Assembly (NCBI GenBank): GCA_051362555.1
Contig: CM120642.1
Location: 15,190,001-15,254,000, forward strand
Source: Lingula anatina
Lineage: Eukaryota > Animalia > Brachiopoda
Length of the DNA: 64,000 bases
Reading direction: 5' to 3'
Position numbers and translations under genes: made by a program. Positions 63,764-64,000 of the stretch are shown piece by piece (within the stretch, counting starts at the first letter, position 1; each line of letters opens with the position of its first letter). The notes beneath the pieces were generated by a model, which did no database searches, was not told where the DNA came from, and was given only the letters and a program-made list of their open reading frames with translations.

Positions 63764-64000
63764 GTTTGTTATGCAGTGCACTGTTTAAGATCTGTTGACG
63801 CCTCCTTATCTCACCCCTCATTTCATTCAAGTCAGCTGTCTTCTGCTGTCTGTCTTTCTCATTCGCGAGCACCCGTACACATATCCATTCATGTACAAAA
63901 TTTAAGTCACACTACTTAAAACTATTGATAAAATGTGATGGGTATTTCCAAAGTAAAAGTACATGCACATGTACCTCCACGCTGGGCAGTACTAGCAGGC

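Overview
AT-rich, intron-rich animal (invertebrate-like) genomic DNA; the species cannot be assigned from the sequence alone. The window holds (1) an intact 8-exon heterotrimeric G-protein alpha gene on the minus strand (10402->2419, 356 aa). It has the canonical Gi/o exon structure but unusual residues: GAAES P-loop, TNAT G5 box, no Cys3 and no pertussis-toxin Cys. (2) Head-to-head with it lies a tandem array of six 10-exon SLC22-family (OCT/OAT/OCTN-like) transporter genes on the plus strand. Five are complete and the sixth runs off the window. An orphan exon 9-10 relic marks one duplication breakpoint. The paralogs look homogenised by patchy gene conversion yet differ sharply at residues aligning to the SLC22 substrate pocket (A/Y/K/D/Y/Y in TM8; N/S/N/A/C/R in TM10), suggesting a diversifying transporter repertoire. 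Also present are a decayed Tc1 (DD34E) transposon, several MITE families, a 104-nt intronic palindrome, a GC-AG intron and many microsatellites. All exon coordinates and translations were read by hand; no database search was run.
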